Positions 10,784 to 20,721 of a DNA stretch of 32,000 nt are shown piece after piece (position 1 is the first letter of the stretch; each line of letters opens with the position of its first letter). The notes beneath the pieces were generated by a model. The model was given only the letters and a program-made list of their open reading frames with translations. It did not search any database and was not told where the DNA came from. Origin of the DNA: an uncultured Clostridia bacterium (lineage in GTDB: Bacteria > Bacillota > Clostridia > Lachnospirales > CAG-274); the NCBI GenBank assembly GCA_947624015.1, contig CANQIA010000003.1, positions 101,541 through 133,540 on the forward strand. Direction: 5' to 3'. Made by a program: the position numbers and the translations under genes.

Positions 10784-12100
10784 ATGAATATTATATTGCT
10801 ATCGGGAGGCTCAGGCAAAAGACTGTGGCCATTGTCAAACGATATACGTTCCAAGCAGTTCATAAAAATATTCAAAACAGATGACGGCACATATGAATCT
10901 ATGGTTCAACGAGTATATCGTCAGATAAAAAACATAGACAAAAATGCAAACATAACAATAGCAACCTCAAAAACACAGGTTTCGGCTATACATAATCAGC
11001 TTGGCGAAGATGTAGGCATATCTGTTGAGCCTGCAAGACGTGATACATTTCCGGCTATTGCTCTTGCGACGTCATATCTTTACGACGTGCGGGGAATCTC
11101 GGAAGATGAAGCTGTTGTTGTATGCCCTGTTGACCCTTATGTTGAGGATGATTACTTTAGGGCATTAAAAGCACTTTATGAACAGGCGAAAAAAGGCGAA
11201 GCCAATATTGTACTTATGGGTATAAAGCCTACATATCCAAGTGAAAAATATGGTTATATCATACCCGAAAGCAGCGACAGTATAAGCAAGGTTTCTACCT
11301 TTAAGGAAAAACCCGATGAAGCGACAGCCAAAAAGTATATAAACCAAGGAGCATTATGGAATGGCGGTGTGTTCGCATATAAGCTTAAATATGTGCTTGA
11401 CAAAGCCCATGAGCTTATAGATTTTACGGATTATGAGGATCTGTTTTCAAAGTACGATACTTTGGACAAAATAAGCTTTGACTATGCTGTTGCGGAGAAG
11501 GAAAAAATCATACAGGTAATGCGTTTTTCGGGACAGTGGAAGGACTTGGGTACCTGGAATACTTTAAGCGAGGCTATGGGCGAAAATACCGTTGGCAGCG
11601 CTATTATGAATGATAAATGCAATAACGTGCATATTATAAACGAGCTTGATGTACCTGTGCTTGCTATGGGTTTGAATGATGTTATTATATCAGCCAGTCC
11701 CGAAGGAATACTTGTATCCGATAAGGAACAGTCCAGTTATATCAAGCCCTATGTAGATGATATAGATCAGCAGATAATGTTTGCGGAAAAATCCTGGGGA
11801 AGTTTCAGAGTGCTTGATGTTGAGGAAGAAAGCCTTGCTATAAAGGTAACTCTTAACGCAGGCAATAGTATGAATTACCACAGTCATAGAAACAGAAACG
11901 AGGTTTGGGTAGTTATTTCGGGGGAAGGTCGTACAGTTGTAGACGGTATGGAGCAGGAGGTCAGCACAGGTGATGTTATAACAATGCAGGCAGGCTGTCG
12001 GCATACTGTTATTGCTACAACGGAGTTGAAGCTTATAGAAGTACAGTTGGGCAAGGAGATAAGTGTTCATGACAAGCAAAAATACCCACTTGAGCAATAA
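10784..12100 (+). CDS. manC: Mannose-1-phosphate guanylyltransferase with C-terminal cupin domain
   Basis: NTP-transferase loop MNIILLSGGSGKRLWPLS and a C-terminal cupin (GNSMNYHSHRNRNEVWVVISGEG...GDVITMQAGCRHTV). SD GGGAGAG favours ATG 10784 over 10778. Confidence 0.9.
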   Translation: MNIILLSGGSGKRLWPLSNDIRSKQFIKIFKTDDGTYESMVQRVYRQIKNIDKNANITIATSKTQVSAIHNQLGEDVGISVEPARRDTFPAIALATSYLYDVRGISEDEAVVVCPVDPYVEDDYFRALKALYEQAKKGEANIVLMGIKPTYPSEKYGYIIPESSDSISKVSTFKEKPDEATAKKYINQGALWNGGVFAYKLKYVLDKAHELIDFTDYEDLFSKYDTLDKISFDYAVAEKEKIIQVMRFSGQWKDLGTWNTLSEAMGENTVGSAIMNDKCNNVHIINELDVPVLAMGLNDVIISASPEGILVSDKEQSSYIKPYVDDIDQQIMFAEKSWGSFRVLDVEEESLAIKVTLNAGNSMNYHSHRNRNEVWVVISGEGRTVVDGMEQEVSTGDVITMQAGCRHTVIATTELKLIEVQLGKEISVHDKQKYPLEQ

Positions 12101-13076
12101 ACCATTTTTGCTTAAACCTGCAGGAAAAGACTATATATGGGGCGGTAGCAGATTAAACGATGATTTTGGCAAGGGAATACCTATGGAACCACTTGCCGAA
12201 ACATGGGAGTGTTCTACTCATCCCGATGGACCAAGCATTGCAATAAGTGGCGAATACAAGGGAATAACCTTAACACAAATTATTAAAGAGAATCCCGAAT
12301 ATTTGGGAACACATCCATCAACAAAAAATGAAATGCCAATACTTATAAAGCTTATAGATGCAAAAAAAGATCTGTCTGTACAAGTGCATCCCGATGATAA
12401 CTATGCAAGGAAAAATGAAAACGGACAGCTTGGCAAAACGGAAATGTGGTATGTTCTCGATGCGACAAAAGACGCAAAACTTATATATGGTTTAAAACAC
12501 GATACAACAGCCGACAAGCTAAGAAAAAGTATCGAAAACAGAACTATTGAAAAACATCTTCAAAAAATTTCCATAAAAAAGGACGATGTTTTTTATATAG
12601 AAGCAGGAACTATCCATGCAATAGGCGCAGGCGCTCTTATAGCGGAAATACAGGAAAATTCCAATATAACCTACAGGTTGTATGACTATGACCGCACAGA
12701 CAAAAGCGGAAATAAAAGGCAACTGCATATAAATAAGGCTCTTGAAGCTGCCAATTTAAAAAGCAGTAAAGAGCCTGTACAGCCAATGAGAGTGCTGAAA
12801 TATCGGCAAGGCTGCGCATCTGAATTATTGTGCAGATGTAAATATTTTGAGGTATACAGAATGCTTTTGAATACAGAGAGATGCAGAAAATATGTAGGAT
12901 ATCAGGCAGACAGCACCTCTTTCAGAGTTTTATTATGCATAAACGGATGCGGAACAATGCTTTTGGACAATAATGAGGTAATAAGCTTTTTTAAAGGAGA
13001 CTGTATATTTGTGCCTGCAGAGTCTGTAAAGATAAGGTTGCATGGTAAGGCGGAATTTTTAGATGTAAGGGGATAA
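12069..13076 (+). CDS. manA: Mannose-6-phosphate isomerase, class I
   Basis: PMI-I metal/active-site motifs LSVQVHPDD, KTEMWYVL and GTIHAIGAG. SD AAGGAGA (12053-12059) is 9 nt before ATG 12069. The gene overlaps the manC 3' end. Confidence 0.9.
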   Translation: MTSKNTHLSNKPFLLKPAGKDYIWGGSRLNDDFGKGIPMEPLAETWECSTHPDGPSIAISGEYKGITLTQIIKENPEYLGTHPSTKNEMPILIKLIDAKKDLSVQVHPDDNYARKNENGQLGKTEMWYVLDATKDAKLIYGLKHDTTADKLRKSIENRTIEKHLQKISIKKDDVFYIEAGTIHAIGAGALIAEIQENSNITYRLYDYDRTDKSGNKRQLHINKALEAANLKSSKEPVQPMRVLKYRQGCASELLCRCKYFEVYRMLLNTERCRKYVGYQADSTSFRVLLCINGCGTMLLDNNEVISFFKGDCIFVPAESVKIRLHGKAEFLDVRG

Positions 13077-13082
13077 TTGTTT

Positions 13083-14255
13083 ATGAAAACTAAAGAATAT
13101 TTTTTACATTTGCTTTCATCATACATAAACAATAATCCACCTATGGAAGAAAACTCAATTGATTGGAATGAAATACTTTATCTTGCACAGATACATTCTG
13201 TACAGAGTATTATATATATAAGTATAAATAAACTAAAAAATAAACCTCCTATATATGATAAGCTAAAAGAATTGTTCTACATATCTGTAAATTTATCCAT
13301 AACACAGGATGTATTGATGAAAAATGTAATCGATGCCCTTACTGAAAATGGTATTGATCATATGCTTATGAAAGGCTACATATTGAAAAATTATTATCCT
13401 GATAAAGAAGCAAGAACTTTTGGAGATATTGATTTTCTTATAGATGAAAGGGATCGAGAGAAGTGCGATGCAGTTCTTAAAAATATAGGATTTGAATTTG
13501 TTGAGGAAGAATATGTCAAAGAAGTATGGGTATATAGAAAAAGACAAGTTACGCTTGAAGTTCACACAGAAATAATATACGAAAAGCTGTTTTTTGATAT
13601 TGACTACAGAAATTTTTTCCATGATAAAGTAAAAAATAAGCAGCTTATAGCAGATAATACCTATGAACTTAAAAAGGAAGATCATTTCATTTATTTGCTT
13701 GTTCATCTGGCGAAACATTTCTATAATGCAGGTGTGGGAATAAGAATGTTTATGGATATAGCTGTTATGCTAAACAAATTTGGCAAAGAGCTTGACTGTA
13801 AATATATTTATACTGAAATTGAAAAGCTTAGACTTACAAAGTTTGCAAATATAGTTTATTTTATATGCAAAAAATATTTTAATTCCAATATTGATTGCCG
13901 TGATATAACTAGAAATGAAGAAAATATAATTATGGCGTATATACTAGATCATGGAATTTTTGGATTTGAAAATAAAGATTACTTTGATATTCTATATCAT
14001 AAAAATGATGATAGCAAATTATCTACTATAAGAAAAAGACTTTTTCCGGATTATGAATACATGAAAGGGCACAATAAGTGGTTTTATAATGGTAAACGGA
14101 TAATGCTTCCATATGCATGGAGCAGACGTTTACTTGGACATCTACTCAAAAAGAATAAGAGGAAAGAAATAATAGATAAATTGAACGTCGCCATAAAGTG
14201 TGGTAATGATTTTCAAAAACATAATAACATACTGAATATGGTTGGGTTAAAATAA
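13083..14255 (+). CDS. Uncharacterised nucleotidyltransferase-fold protein (pol-beta type, NTP_transf_5-like), paralog 1
   Basis: KGYILKNYYPDKEARTFGDIDFLIDERD fits the hG..(x)..DxD pol-beta nucleotidyltransferase signature. Clearly homologous along its whole length to the gene at 21868-23064. Starts 7 nt after the manA stop (ATG 13083; TTG 13077 is also possible). Confidence 0.65.
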   Translation: MKTKEYFLHLLSSYINNNPPMEENSIDWNEILYLAQIHSVQSIIYISINKLKNKPPIYDKLKELFYISVNLSITQDVLMKNVIDALTENGIDHMLMKGYILKNYYPDKEARTFGDIDFLIDERDREKCDAVLKNIGFEFVEEEYVKEVWVYRKRQVTLEVHTEIIYEKLFFDIDYRNFFHDKVKNKQLIADNTYELKKEDHFIYLLVHLAKHFYNAGVGIRMFMDIAVMLNKFGKELDCKYIYTEIEKLRLTKFANIVYFICKKYFNSNIDCRDITRNEENIIMAYILDHGIFGFENKDYFDILYHKNDDSKLSTIRKRLFPDYEYMKGHNKWFYNGKRIMLPYAWSRRLLGHLLKKNKRKEIIDKLNVAIKCGNDFQKHNNILNMVGLK

Positions 14256-14280
14256 GAAATATGTTTAATGAGGTGATGAT

Positions 14281-15402
14281 TTGAAAGTATTGTTTTTAAC
14301 AAACTATCCATCTCCATATAAAGTAGATTTTTTTAATGAATTAGGGAAAAAATGCGATTTGACAGTTACATTTGAAGAAACTCCGGAAGAACAAACACAC
14401 AGAAATAAAAATTGGTTTCATACAAATTATGATAATTTCAATGCCATTTTTTTAAACAAAATAAGATTAGGGAAACCACATAAACAGATAGCATATGGAA
14501 TATTTAAATATTTAAATGATGATTTTGATTATATTATCGTTGGTGTGTATTCTACAATAACATCCATTATGGCAATTTTATACATGAAGTTAAAAAGAAT
14601 ACGATTCATAATTGAAAGTGATGGAGGCATACCTAAAAATAAAAAAAATATCACTGAAAAATTCAAAAAATTTTTGATATCTTCTGCATATGCATGGTTT
14701 AGCCCAAGCGGAGAAACAGATAAATATTTAATTACTTATGGAGCACAAAAGTATAATATAATCCGATATCCATTTACTACTTTGCACAAAAATGATATTT
14801 TAAAAAATTTACCCGATAAGACATATGTAAATCAATGCAGACAAAAGATAAAACTGACAAAGAAATATGCAATTGTTACTATAGGACAATTTATACATAG
14901 AAAGGGATTTGATATTCTAATTGAAGCTATATCAAAAATGCGCAATAAAGATTGTGCTTTTTATATTATTGGTGGAAAACCAACGCAGGAATATTCCGAG
15001 CTTATTCAAAAATTAAATTTATATGATATTTATTTTATTGATTTTATGGAACAAGAAAAATTAAAGGATTATTTTATTGCGGCAGATATTTTTGTGTTAC
15101 CTACACGAGAAGATATTTGGGGATTGGTAATAAATGAGGCAATGGCATTTGGATTGCCTGTTATAACTACTAATAGATGTGTTGCAGGCTTAGAAATGAT
15201 AAAAAGCCATAGAGATATATGTCTTATTAATATTAATGATGCCGAAATGCTTGCACAATCTATGGATACGTTGCTTATTGATGATAGTTTAAGAATATCT
15301 TTAGCTATGGAAAATCTGAAAATATCCCTTAATTATACCATAGAAAGAATGGCAGATTCTCATATTGATTATTTTAAAGCTCATAGTCATTCTGTAAATT
15401 AG
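14281..15402 (+). CDS. Glycosyltransferase family 4 (GT-B)
   Basis: C-terminal lobe RKGFDILIEAISKM, FYIIGGKP and EDIWGLVINEAMAFGLPVITTNRCVAG. TTG start with SD GAGGTGA at 14270-14276. Confidence 0.85.
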   Translation: MKVLFLTNYPSPYKVDFFNELGKKCDLTVTFEETPEEQTHRNKNWFHTNYDNFNAIFLNKIRLGKPHKQIAYGIFKYLNDDFDYIIVGVYSTITSIMAILYMKLKRIRFIIESDGGIPKNKKNITEKFKKFLISSAYAWFSPSGETDKYLITYGAQKYNIIRYPFTTLHKNDILKNLPDKTYVNQCRQKIKLTKKYAIVTIGQFIHRKGFDILIEAISKMRNKDCAFYIIGGKPTQEYSELIQKLNLYDIYFIDFMEQEKLKDYFIAADIFVLPTREDIWGLVINEAMAFGLPVITTNRCVAGLEMIKSHRDICLININDAEMLAQSMDTLLIDDSLRISLAMENLKISLNYTIERMADSHIDYFKAHSHSVN

Positions 15403-15448
15403 CTTTATTTAATGCCAATATAATATAATTCATTAAGGAGGGAATAAA

Positions 15449-16492
15449 GTGAGTAATATAAAAAGGAATTCAGGTATAGAATTGCTTAGAATTATCTGCG
15501 TTATCTTGATTATTTGTCATCACTATTCTTTCCATGGGGGCTTCCTTCAATTTTCTTACGATGATATTGGCTTAAATATAATTTTTATTCAAATGTTAAA
15601 TATGTTTGGAAAGGCTTCTTGTTCTGTGTTTGCATTAATATCAGGATATTTTTTGATCAATGCAAAGAATGACATTAATTACTATAAGAAAATTGTTAAT
15701 TTAATATTTGAAATGTTCTTTTATTCGGTATTGATATTATTTATCGCTTTATTAACAAGAGCCGTTCCTATATCCGGAGTAGCTGTTGTTAAGGCTCTTT
15801 TTCCTATATTTTGGGGCAATTGGTATGTTATTTTTTATATAATTCTTTATTTAATTGTACCTTTTATAAATCCGGGACTCAAAGCTATGAATAAGAAAGA
15901 ATATACACTATTTTTAATGCTTTTATTATTTATATGGTGTATTGTTCCAACATTTACAGGTACAGCTTAGGAAATGTGTTCAATGGATTTCTTTATAGTT
16001 ATGTATCTTATTGGCGCATATATAAGATTATATATAAAAAGTATTTATAGTAATAGAAGAAAAATATTTTTGTGTTTGGTTTTGTCAACCCTTATAATGC
16101 TTTTAACCGTTCCCGTAATTGATTTTATTGGAAAAATATTAAAAGCAAACGTTATAATAAACCATGCAACATATTTTATGAAATATAATTCTATTATTTC
16201 TGTGGTGTGGGCAGTATCTGTATTTTTGTTCTTTTGTACTTTAAAATTCAAAAGCAATATAGTAAATTATATTGCAGGGTCAGTACTTGGAATATATCTT
16301 ATACATGACAATTTTATTTTAAGACAATATATATGGCAAGTAATTTACCCTAACAGTAATTATATAGAATTTCCATATATCCATGCTGCGACAAAAATAT
16401 TCTCGGTATTTGCTATATGTCTTATTATAGATATACTTAGAAGAATAACTATAGAAAAAGTATTCAATAGCTGTTTAAGAAATTTATTTTAA
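15449..16492 (+). pseudogene. Acyltransferase family 3 (polysaccharide O-acyltransferase) interrupted by a single in-frame TAG
   Basis: The two track ORFs (15449-15970 and 15974-16492) are in the same frame, separated only by TAG 15968-15970 plus one codon (...PTFTGTA*EMCSMDFFIVMYLIGAYIRLY). Together they give a ~345-aa, ~10-helix protein with the N-terminal acyltransferase-3 motif (IELLRIICVILIICHHY). GTG start with SD AAGGAGGG. The second half has no convincing SD of its own. Confidence 0.8.
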
Positions 16493-16746
16493 CTAAATTT
16501 CTTTAGTGTTGAAGTAAAGCATTCACATATCTTCTTACAAATAATTTAATTAAAAATTTGATTTAGTATATATAGGGATCAATATTATTACATATAAGAA
16601 AATAATTTTGTTCAAATTGGATATGTGTAAATTAAAACATATTCATGAGCAGTTATAAAGAAAAATTATTTTTACGGTTTTATGGATTGCAAACAAATGT
16701 AACCGATTTCCCGAATTTATTTGAAAATTTATATGGAGATTCGAGC

Positions 16747-17547
16747 ATGAAAAAAATAACATCTGAAGAAATGAAAGCCTTACAAGTCAATATACTTATT
16801 GATTTTGCAAAATTTTGTGATAAAAACAATCTGCATTATACATTAGGATACGGAACACTTTTAGGAGCTATAAGGCATAAAGGCTTCATACCGTGGGATG
16901 ATGATATTGATGTATTTATGCCACGACCTGACTACGAAAAGTTTATTAATATAATACGGGGAAATAAAATTTCTCCTTTTATAGATGTTATCTCATATAA
17001 ATTTGGCAATAGCACATACCCATTTATAAAACTTATAGATAATCGTACAGAAGTAGAAGAAAAATTTGTAAAGGATGTAAGAATTGGTGTATGGATTGAT
17101 ATATTTGCTATTGATGGAAATTTTAATAATAGTTTTCTTAGTATGCTCCATTACAAAACAGCAGCGCTCATAAGAAAAGTAGTTGAAATCAAAAGAAATA
17201 ATTTTGGCTCGGGAACAACAACGACAAAGAGAATTTTAAAAAGCTTTATATATCCTTTTACTATATTCTTTTCTTTTGATTTTTTATTAAAAACAATGGA
17301 TAGAGTATGTTGTTTAAGAAAATATGATAAAAGTAATTATATAGGATGCGTTGTTTGGGGATATGGCAGCAGAGGGCGAATTGAGAAGAAAGGTTTTTTT
17401 GAATGCATAGATGTGGAATTTGAAGGACATATTTTTAAAGTCACATCAAATTATGACAAATATTTAAAAAATATATACGGAAACTATATGCAGCTTCCAC
17501 CTGAGAATAAACGTATTAAACACAATTATGAAGCTTGGTGGAAATAA
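16747..17547 (+). CDS. licD: LicD-family phospho(no)-alcohol transferase
   Basis: LicD core LGYGTLLGAIRHKGFIPWDDDIDVFMPRPDYEKF with a typical N-terminal LQVNILIDFAKFCDKNNLHY. SD GGAGA precedes ATG 16747; the track's upstream extension from 16645 is not LicD-like. Confidence 0.85.
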   Translation: MKKITSEEMKALQVNILIDFAKFCDKNNLHYTLGYGTLLGAIRHKGFIPWDDDIDVFMPRPDYEKFINIIRGNKISPFIDVISYKFGNSTYPFIKLIDNRTEVEEKFVKDVRIGVWIDIFAIDGNFNNSFLSMLHYKTAALIRKVVEIKRNNFGSGTTTTKRILKSFIYPFTIFFSFDFLLKTMDRVCCLRKYDKSNYIGCVVWGYGSRGRIEKKGFFECIDVEFEGHIFKVTSNYDKYLKNIYGNYMQLPPENKRIKHNYEAWWK

Positions 17548-17571
17548 AATATAGCGTAAAGGAGTAAACCA

Positions 17572-19581
17572 ATGAAAGCATTAATATTAAACTCAGGCTT
17601 AGGTAGTCGCATGGGAGTCCTTACCTCAGAGCATCCCAAATGCATGACCGAGATTTCAAGCAGAGAAACGATTTTAAGCAGACAGCTTAAACAGCTTGCA
17701 GACGCAGGTATAAACGAAGTGATAATGACAACGGGACTTTTTGACGGTGTTCTTGTGGACTACTGCCACAGTCTTGACCTGCCTTTACATATCACATTCA
17801 TTAAAAATCCAAAATACAAGGCAACAAACTATATTTATTCCATTTACTGTGCAAAGGATCATCTTGACGATGACATTGTTCTTATGCACGGTGATATTGT
17901 ATTTGAGAATGAAGTTTTTGACAAGCTTATTGCCTGTGAAGAAAGCTGTATGGTTGTAAGCTCTACCCTTTCACTTCCCGAAAAGGATTTTAAAGCCGTT
18001 ATACAGAATGGTCTTATCAAAAAAATAGGTATTGAGTTCTTTAATGAGGCTATGGCTGCACAGCCCTTATATAAGCTGAATAAAGAGGATTGGAAGGTAT
18101 GGCTTGACAGTATTGTTTCCTACTGTGAAAGCGGTAAGACTGACTGCTATGCTGAAAATGCCTTTAACGATGTTTCAGGTAAATGCAAGTTATTCCCTCT
18201 TGATGTTAAAAATATGCTCTGTAATGAGATAGACAACCCGGAGGACTTGGCTGTCGTATCATCAAGGCTTAAAGAAATAGAAAACAGGACTGTGTATATG
18301 TGCTTTTCAACAGACATCATACACAGCGGTCACATTGATATAATCAAAAAGGCTGAAAGGCTTGGCAAGCTAATTATAGGCGTTTTATCCGATAAAGCTA
18401 TATCAAGCTACAAGAGATTTCCCCTTCTTCCCTTTGAGGAAAGAAAAACTATGTTCAAAAATATAGCAGGGGTTTACGATGTTGTGGAACAGAAAAATCT
18501 CAGCTATAAGGAAAATCTCGAAAAATATCAGCCCGATTATGTAGTGCATGGTGATGACTGGGTATCAGGTTTTCAGAAGCCTATAAGAGATGAGGTCGTA
18601 TCAATACTTGCTTCCTATGGCGGAATACTTGTAGAGTATCCCTATTCCAACGATGAAAAATACAAGGCTCTCGACGACAGAGCAAGAGCTGACTTATCTC
18701 TGCCCGATATAAGACGTGCAAGGCTTAAAAAAGCTCTTGATATGAAGGGGACTATTACGGCTATGGAGGCTCACAGTGGTATAACAGGACTTATAGTTGA
18801 AAAAACAAAGGTATACCAGAATGGCGAAACACACGAATTTGACGCTATGTGGATAAGCTCTCTCTGTGATTCTACGGCAAAGGGAAAACCCGATATCGAG
18901 CTTGTAGATATGACATCCCGTTTCCGTACCATTGACGACATCATGGAGGTCACTACAAAACCTATCATATTTGACGGAGATACAGGCGGACTTACGGAGC
19001 ACTTTGTATACACGGTAAAGAGCCTTGAGCGTATGGGCGTTTCAATGGTAATAATAGAGGACAAGACAGGTCTTAAAAAGAACTCCCTCTTTGGTACGGA
19101 AGTTGAACAGACTCAGGACAGTATAGAAAACTTCAGCGCTAAAATAGCCGCAGGCAAGAAAGCTCAGAAAACAAAGGACTTTATGATATGCGCCCGTATT
19201 GAGAGCCTTATACTTGAAAGAGGTATGGAGGACGCATTGGAAAGAGCCTTTGCATTTACCGTGGCGGGAGCAGACGCCATTATGATACACAGCAGGAAAA
19301 AGGACCCTGCTGAGATATTTGAATTTGTTGAAAAATTCAGAGAAAAGGACAAGACTACACCTATCGTTGTTGTCCCCACTTCCTTCAATACGGTTACGGA
19401 GGAGGAGTTCAAAGAACACGGTGTAAACATAATCATATATGCAAATCAGCTTACAAGGACAGGCTTCCCCGCTATGCAGAATGCAGCTAGGACTATACTT
19501 GAAAATCACAGGGCTAAGGAATGTGATGATATGTGTATGTCAATAAAGGACATAATAACGCTTATTCCCGAAGAAGGCTGA
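17572..19581 (+). CDS. Three-domain fusion: LicC/PntC-like nucleotidyltransferase + HxGH cytidylyltransferase-like domain + phosphoenolpyruvate phosphomutase
   Basis: aa 1-~240 MKALILNSGLGSRMG... (LicC-type NTP-transferase). aa ~245-375 CFSTDIIHSGHIDIIKKAERLG (HSGH at nt 18322-18333; TagD/ECT-type fold). aa ~380-669 belong to the isocitrate lyase/PEP mutase superfamily and carry the Ppm-diagnostic EDKx5NS motif (EDKTGLKKNS, nt 19057-19086). SD AAAGGAG. Confidence 0.9.
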   Translation: MKALILNSGLGSRMGVLTSEHPKCMTEISSRETILSRQLKQLADAGINEVIMTTGLFDGVLVDYCHSLDLPLHITFIKNPKYKATNYIYSIYCAKDHLDDDIVLMHGDIVFENEVFDKLIACEESCMVVSSTLSLPEKDFKAVIQNGLIKKIGIEFFNEAMAAQPLYKLNKEDWKVWLDSIVSYCESGKTDCYAENAFNDVSGKCKLFPLDVKNMLCNEIDNPEDLAVVSSRLKEIENRTVYMCFSTDIIHSGHIDIIKKAERLGKLIIGVLSDKAISSYKRFPLLPFEERKTMFKNIAGVYDVVEQKNLSYKENLEKYQPDYVVHGDDWVSGFQKPIRDEVVSILASYGGILVEYPYSNDEKYKALDDRARADLSLPDIRRARLKKALDMKGTITAMEAHSGITGLIVEKTKVYQNGETHEFDAMWISSLCDSTAKGKPDIELVDMTSRFRTIDDIMEVTTKPIIFDGDTGGLTEHFVYTVKSLERMGVSMVIIEDKTGLKKNSLFGTEVEQTQDSIENFSAKIAAGKKAQKTKDFMICARIESLILERGMEDALERAFAFTVAGADAIMIHSRKKDPAEIFEFVEKFREKDKTTPIVVVPTSFNTVTEEEFKEHGVNIIIYANQLTRTGFPAMQNAARTILENHRAKECDDMCMSIKDIITLIPEEG

Positions 19582-19593
19582 CAAGGAGAAAAT

Positions 19594-20706
19594 ATGAGTG
19601 AGCAGATCATTATAAGGACAGACGGAAACTATGATGAATTGAATACATATCTTGAAAACAAGGGTATTAAGAGGATATTTCTTGTATGTGACAGCTCAAT
19701 AGGCTTTCTCGGAATAAACAGCTTTTTTGAAAGCCTTAAAAATATCTATGTTACAAGATTCAGTGACTTTGAGCCAAATCCATTGTATGAGTCTATTGTT
19801 AAGGGTGTTGACGCATTTAACAAAGAAAAATGCAATTGTATCATAGCTGTAGGCGGCGGAAGCGCAATAGATGTTGCCAAGTGCATAAAGCTATATTCTC
19901 CTATGGATAAAAGCAAAAATTATCTGGAACAGAAAATAGTACCCAATGACATACCGTTTATAGCTGTTCCCACGACTGCCGGAACAGGCAGCGAAGCAAC
20001 AAGGTTTGCCGTTATATATTACAAGGGAGAAAAGCAGTCTGTAACGGATATAAGCTGTATTCCCGATGCAGTTCTTATGGATAGTTCCGTACTTGACACA
20101 CTGCCAATATATCAAAGAAAAGCCACAATGCTTGACGCTCTCTGTCATTCCGTAGAATCCTTTTGGTCTGTAAATTCAAATGACGAAAGCAAGGAATATT
20201 CCAAGAAAGCTCTTGAAATGATCATAGGAAATATGGACTCATATCTGACGAATGACAAAGACGGCAATACAGCCATGATGGAGGCGGCGCACCTTGCAGG
20301 CAAGGCTATAAATATAACCCAGACAACGGCAGCACATGCTATGTGCTATAAGCTTACAAGTCTTTATAAAATAGCCCATGGTCACGCTGCGGCATTGTGC
20401 TTGCCTGTACTGTGGGAATATATGCTAAGCAACATGGATAAATGTATTGACAGCAGAGGCAAGGTCTATCTTAAAGCTGTTTTTGACGATATTGCCAAGG
20501 TTTTGGGCTGTGATACACCGATAAAGGCTGTGGAAAAGCTTAAAGCAATAATAAACAGCTTGGAATTGCCGATACCAACAGCAGATGAAAAGGACTTTGA
20601 AATATTAAGAACGTCCGTAAATCCCATTAGGCTAAAAAATAATCCTATTGCATTGGATACCGATGCCATTGACGAAATATATCACAGAATACTTAATACG
20701 AAATAA
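19594..20706 (+). CDS. Group III iron-containing alcohol dehydrogenase, probable phosphonoacetaldehyde reductase (2-hydroxyethylphosphonate-forming)
   Basis: Fe-ADH signatures AVGGGSAIDVAKCIK, VPTTAGTGSE and the His cluster AAHAMCYKLTSLYKIAHGHA. Sits between the Ppm and Ppd genes, where PhpC/FomC/DhpG-type reductases occur. The family call is strong; the substrate call rests on context. Confidence 0.75.
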   Translation: MSEQIIIRTDGNYDELNTYLENKGIKRIFLVCDSSIGFLGINSFFESLKNIYVTRFSDFEPNPLYESIVKGVDAFNKEKCNCIIAVGGGSAIDVAKCIKLYSPMDKSKNYLEQKIVPNDIPFIAVPTTAGTGSEATRFAVIYYKGEKQSVTDISCIPDAVLMDSSVLDTLPIYQRKATMLDALCHSVESFWSVNSNDESKEYSKKALEMIIGNMDSYLTNDKDGNTAMMEAAHLAGKAINITQTTAAHAMCYKLTSLYKIAHGHAAALCLPVLWEYMLSNMDKCIDSRGKVYLKAVFDDIAKVLGCDTPIKAVEKLKAIINSLELPIPTADEKDFEILRTSVNPIRLKNNPIALDTDAIDEIYHRILNTK

Positions 20707-20721
20707 TCGGAGGAGTTGTAT

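Noticed and set aside
15974-16492. Second half of the acyltransferase treated as an independent gene
   Set aside because: It is in the same frame as the upstream half, separated only by TAG plus one codon. It has no properly spaced SD, and neither half alone would be a complete acyltransferase-3 protein.
17741-17959. 72-aa + strand ORF inside the Ppm fusion gene
   Set aside because: It is in an alternative frame within a strongly supported CDS, with no SD and no recognisable features.
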